Position numbers and translations under genes: made by a program | Part shown: positions 15,476 to 16,058 of the stretch, piece by piece | How positions within the stretch are numbered: the stretch's first letter is position 1 | Layout of the letters: each line of letters starts with the position of its first letter | From: Vulcanimicrobiota bacterium | GTDB taxonomy: Bacteria > Vulcanimicrobiota > Vulcanimicrobiia > Vulcanimicrobiales > Vulcanimicrobiaceae | Length of the DNA stretch: 16,058 bases | Direction: 5' to 3' | NCBI GenBank assembly: GCA_003133025.1 | Contig: PKZK01000162.1 | Location: forward strand, 1,641 to 17,698 | Notes under the pieces: generated by a model | Told to the model about the DNA's origin: nothing | The model's input: the letters and a program-made list of their open reading frames with translations, nothing else | The model's database searches: none

Positions 15476-16058
15476 CGCCGGGACTCGATCCGGCGGCCTT
15501 CGCTCTCGGCGGCAAGGTACCGCTGCGCGCCCTCGCGCCGGCCTCGATCGAGGAACTCGCGGCCGTGGTGAAAGCCTGCAACGAAGCGGGCGAAGCCGTC
15601 GTCGTCTTCGGCGGCGGAACGCTGCAGGGCATCGGCTTTTCGCCCGCGCGGTATAATATTGCGATCTCCACCGCGCGGCTCGACAAGGTACTCGAGTACG
15701 AGTTTCGCGACCTGACGATCTCGGTGGAATGCGGCCGGAGCGTCGAACGCCTCAACGCGACGCTTGCCGAGCGCGGCCAGTTCGTGCCGCTCGATGCACC
15801 GTCGCCCGGATTGAGCAGCGTCGGCGGATTGCTCGCTTCGGGTTGGTCCGGCCCGCGTCGCGCGACGTTCGGGCGGCCGCGCGATTTCGTCATCGGCTCG
15901 ACCGTCGTCTTGGCCGACGGCACCGTCGCGAAAGCGGGCGGCATGGTCGTCAAAAACGTCACCGGCTACGACATGAGCAAACTCTGGTGCGGCTCGCTCG
16001 GCACGCTCGCCGTGCTCGCGCGCGCAAACTTCAAGACGCTCCCGTTGCCGGAAACCAC
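15466..16058 (+). CDS. glcE: Glycolate oxidase FAD-binding subunit GlcE, partial (runs off the window edge)
   Basis: Not in the ORF track; manual translation from GTG 15466: ...PASIEEL...GGGT...LEYEFRDLTISVECG...GQFVPLD...GPRR...GGMVVKNVTGYDMSKLWCGSLGTL. Confidence 0.85.
   Translation, partial: MALAPGLDPAAFALGGKVPLRALAPASIEELAAVVKACNEAGEAVVVFGGGTLQGIGFSPARYNIAISTARLDKVLEYEFRDLTISVECGRSVERLNATLAERGQFVPLDAPSPGLSSVGGLLASGWSGPRRATFGRPRDFVIGSTVVLADGTVAKAGGMVVKNVTGYDMSKLWCGSLGTLAVLARANFKTLPLPET

Noticed and set aside
39..15962. Long alternative ORFs (e.g. 557-1927 +, 2278-3234 -, 6606-8264 +, 9142-10287 -, 12077-13621 +, 14003-15439 -)
   Set aside because: Arg/Ala-rich shadow frames overlapping genes with clear family motifs, as expected in high-GC DNA.

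Overview
GC-rich bacterial chromosomal window dominated by respiration and cofactor genes; no rRNA, tRNA, CRISPR array or transposase seen. Left to right: (-) a Tat-less molybdopterin oxidoreductase (partial) preceded by an Fe-S/NrfD fusion; (+) MarR regulator and SRPBCC protein; (+) queD-queE-mqnB-mqnD; (-) a ba3-type (family B) oxidase operon cbaD-cbaB-cbaA-sco, whose 41-aa subunit IIa is absent from the ORF track; (-) a doubly deleted universal stress protein remnant; (+) acetate kinase; (-) OmpR-type regulator, a Cys-rich histidine kinase with no sensor domain, a START-like protein and two unannotated His-containing membrane microproteins; (+) namZ-glcD-glcE (partial). The most notable signal is a shared promoter architecture in three intergenic regions: CTTCAC-N5-CTTCA(C/T) tandem repeats with a box 21 nt upstream of a TAnnnT -10 element. 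This suggests a local redox or low-oxygen regulon run by the sensorless two-component system. A 12-bp inverted repeat also brackets the ba3 operon. All calls come from motif recognition by eye; no database searches were run.
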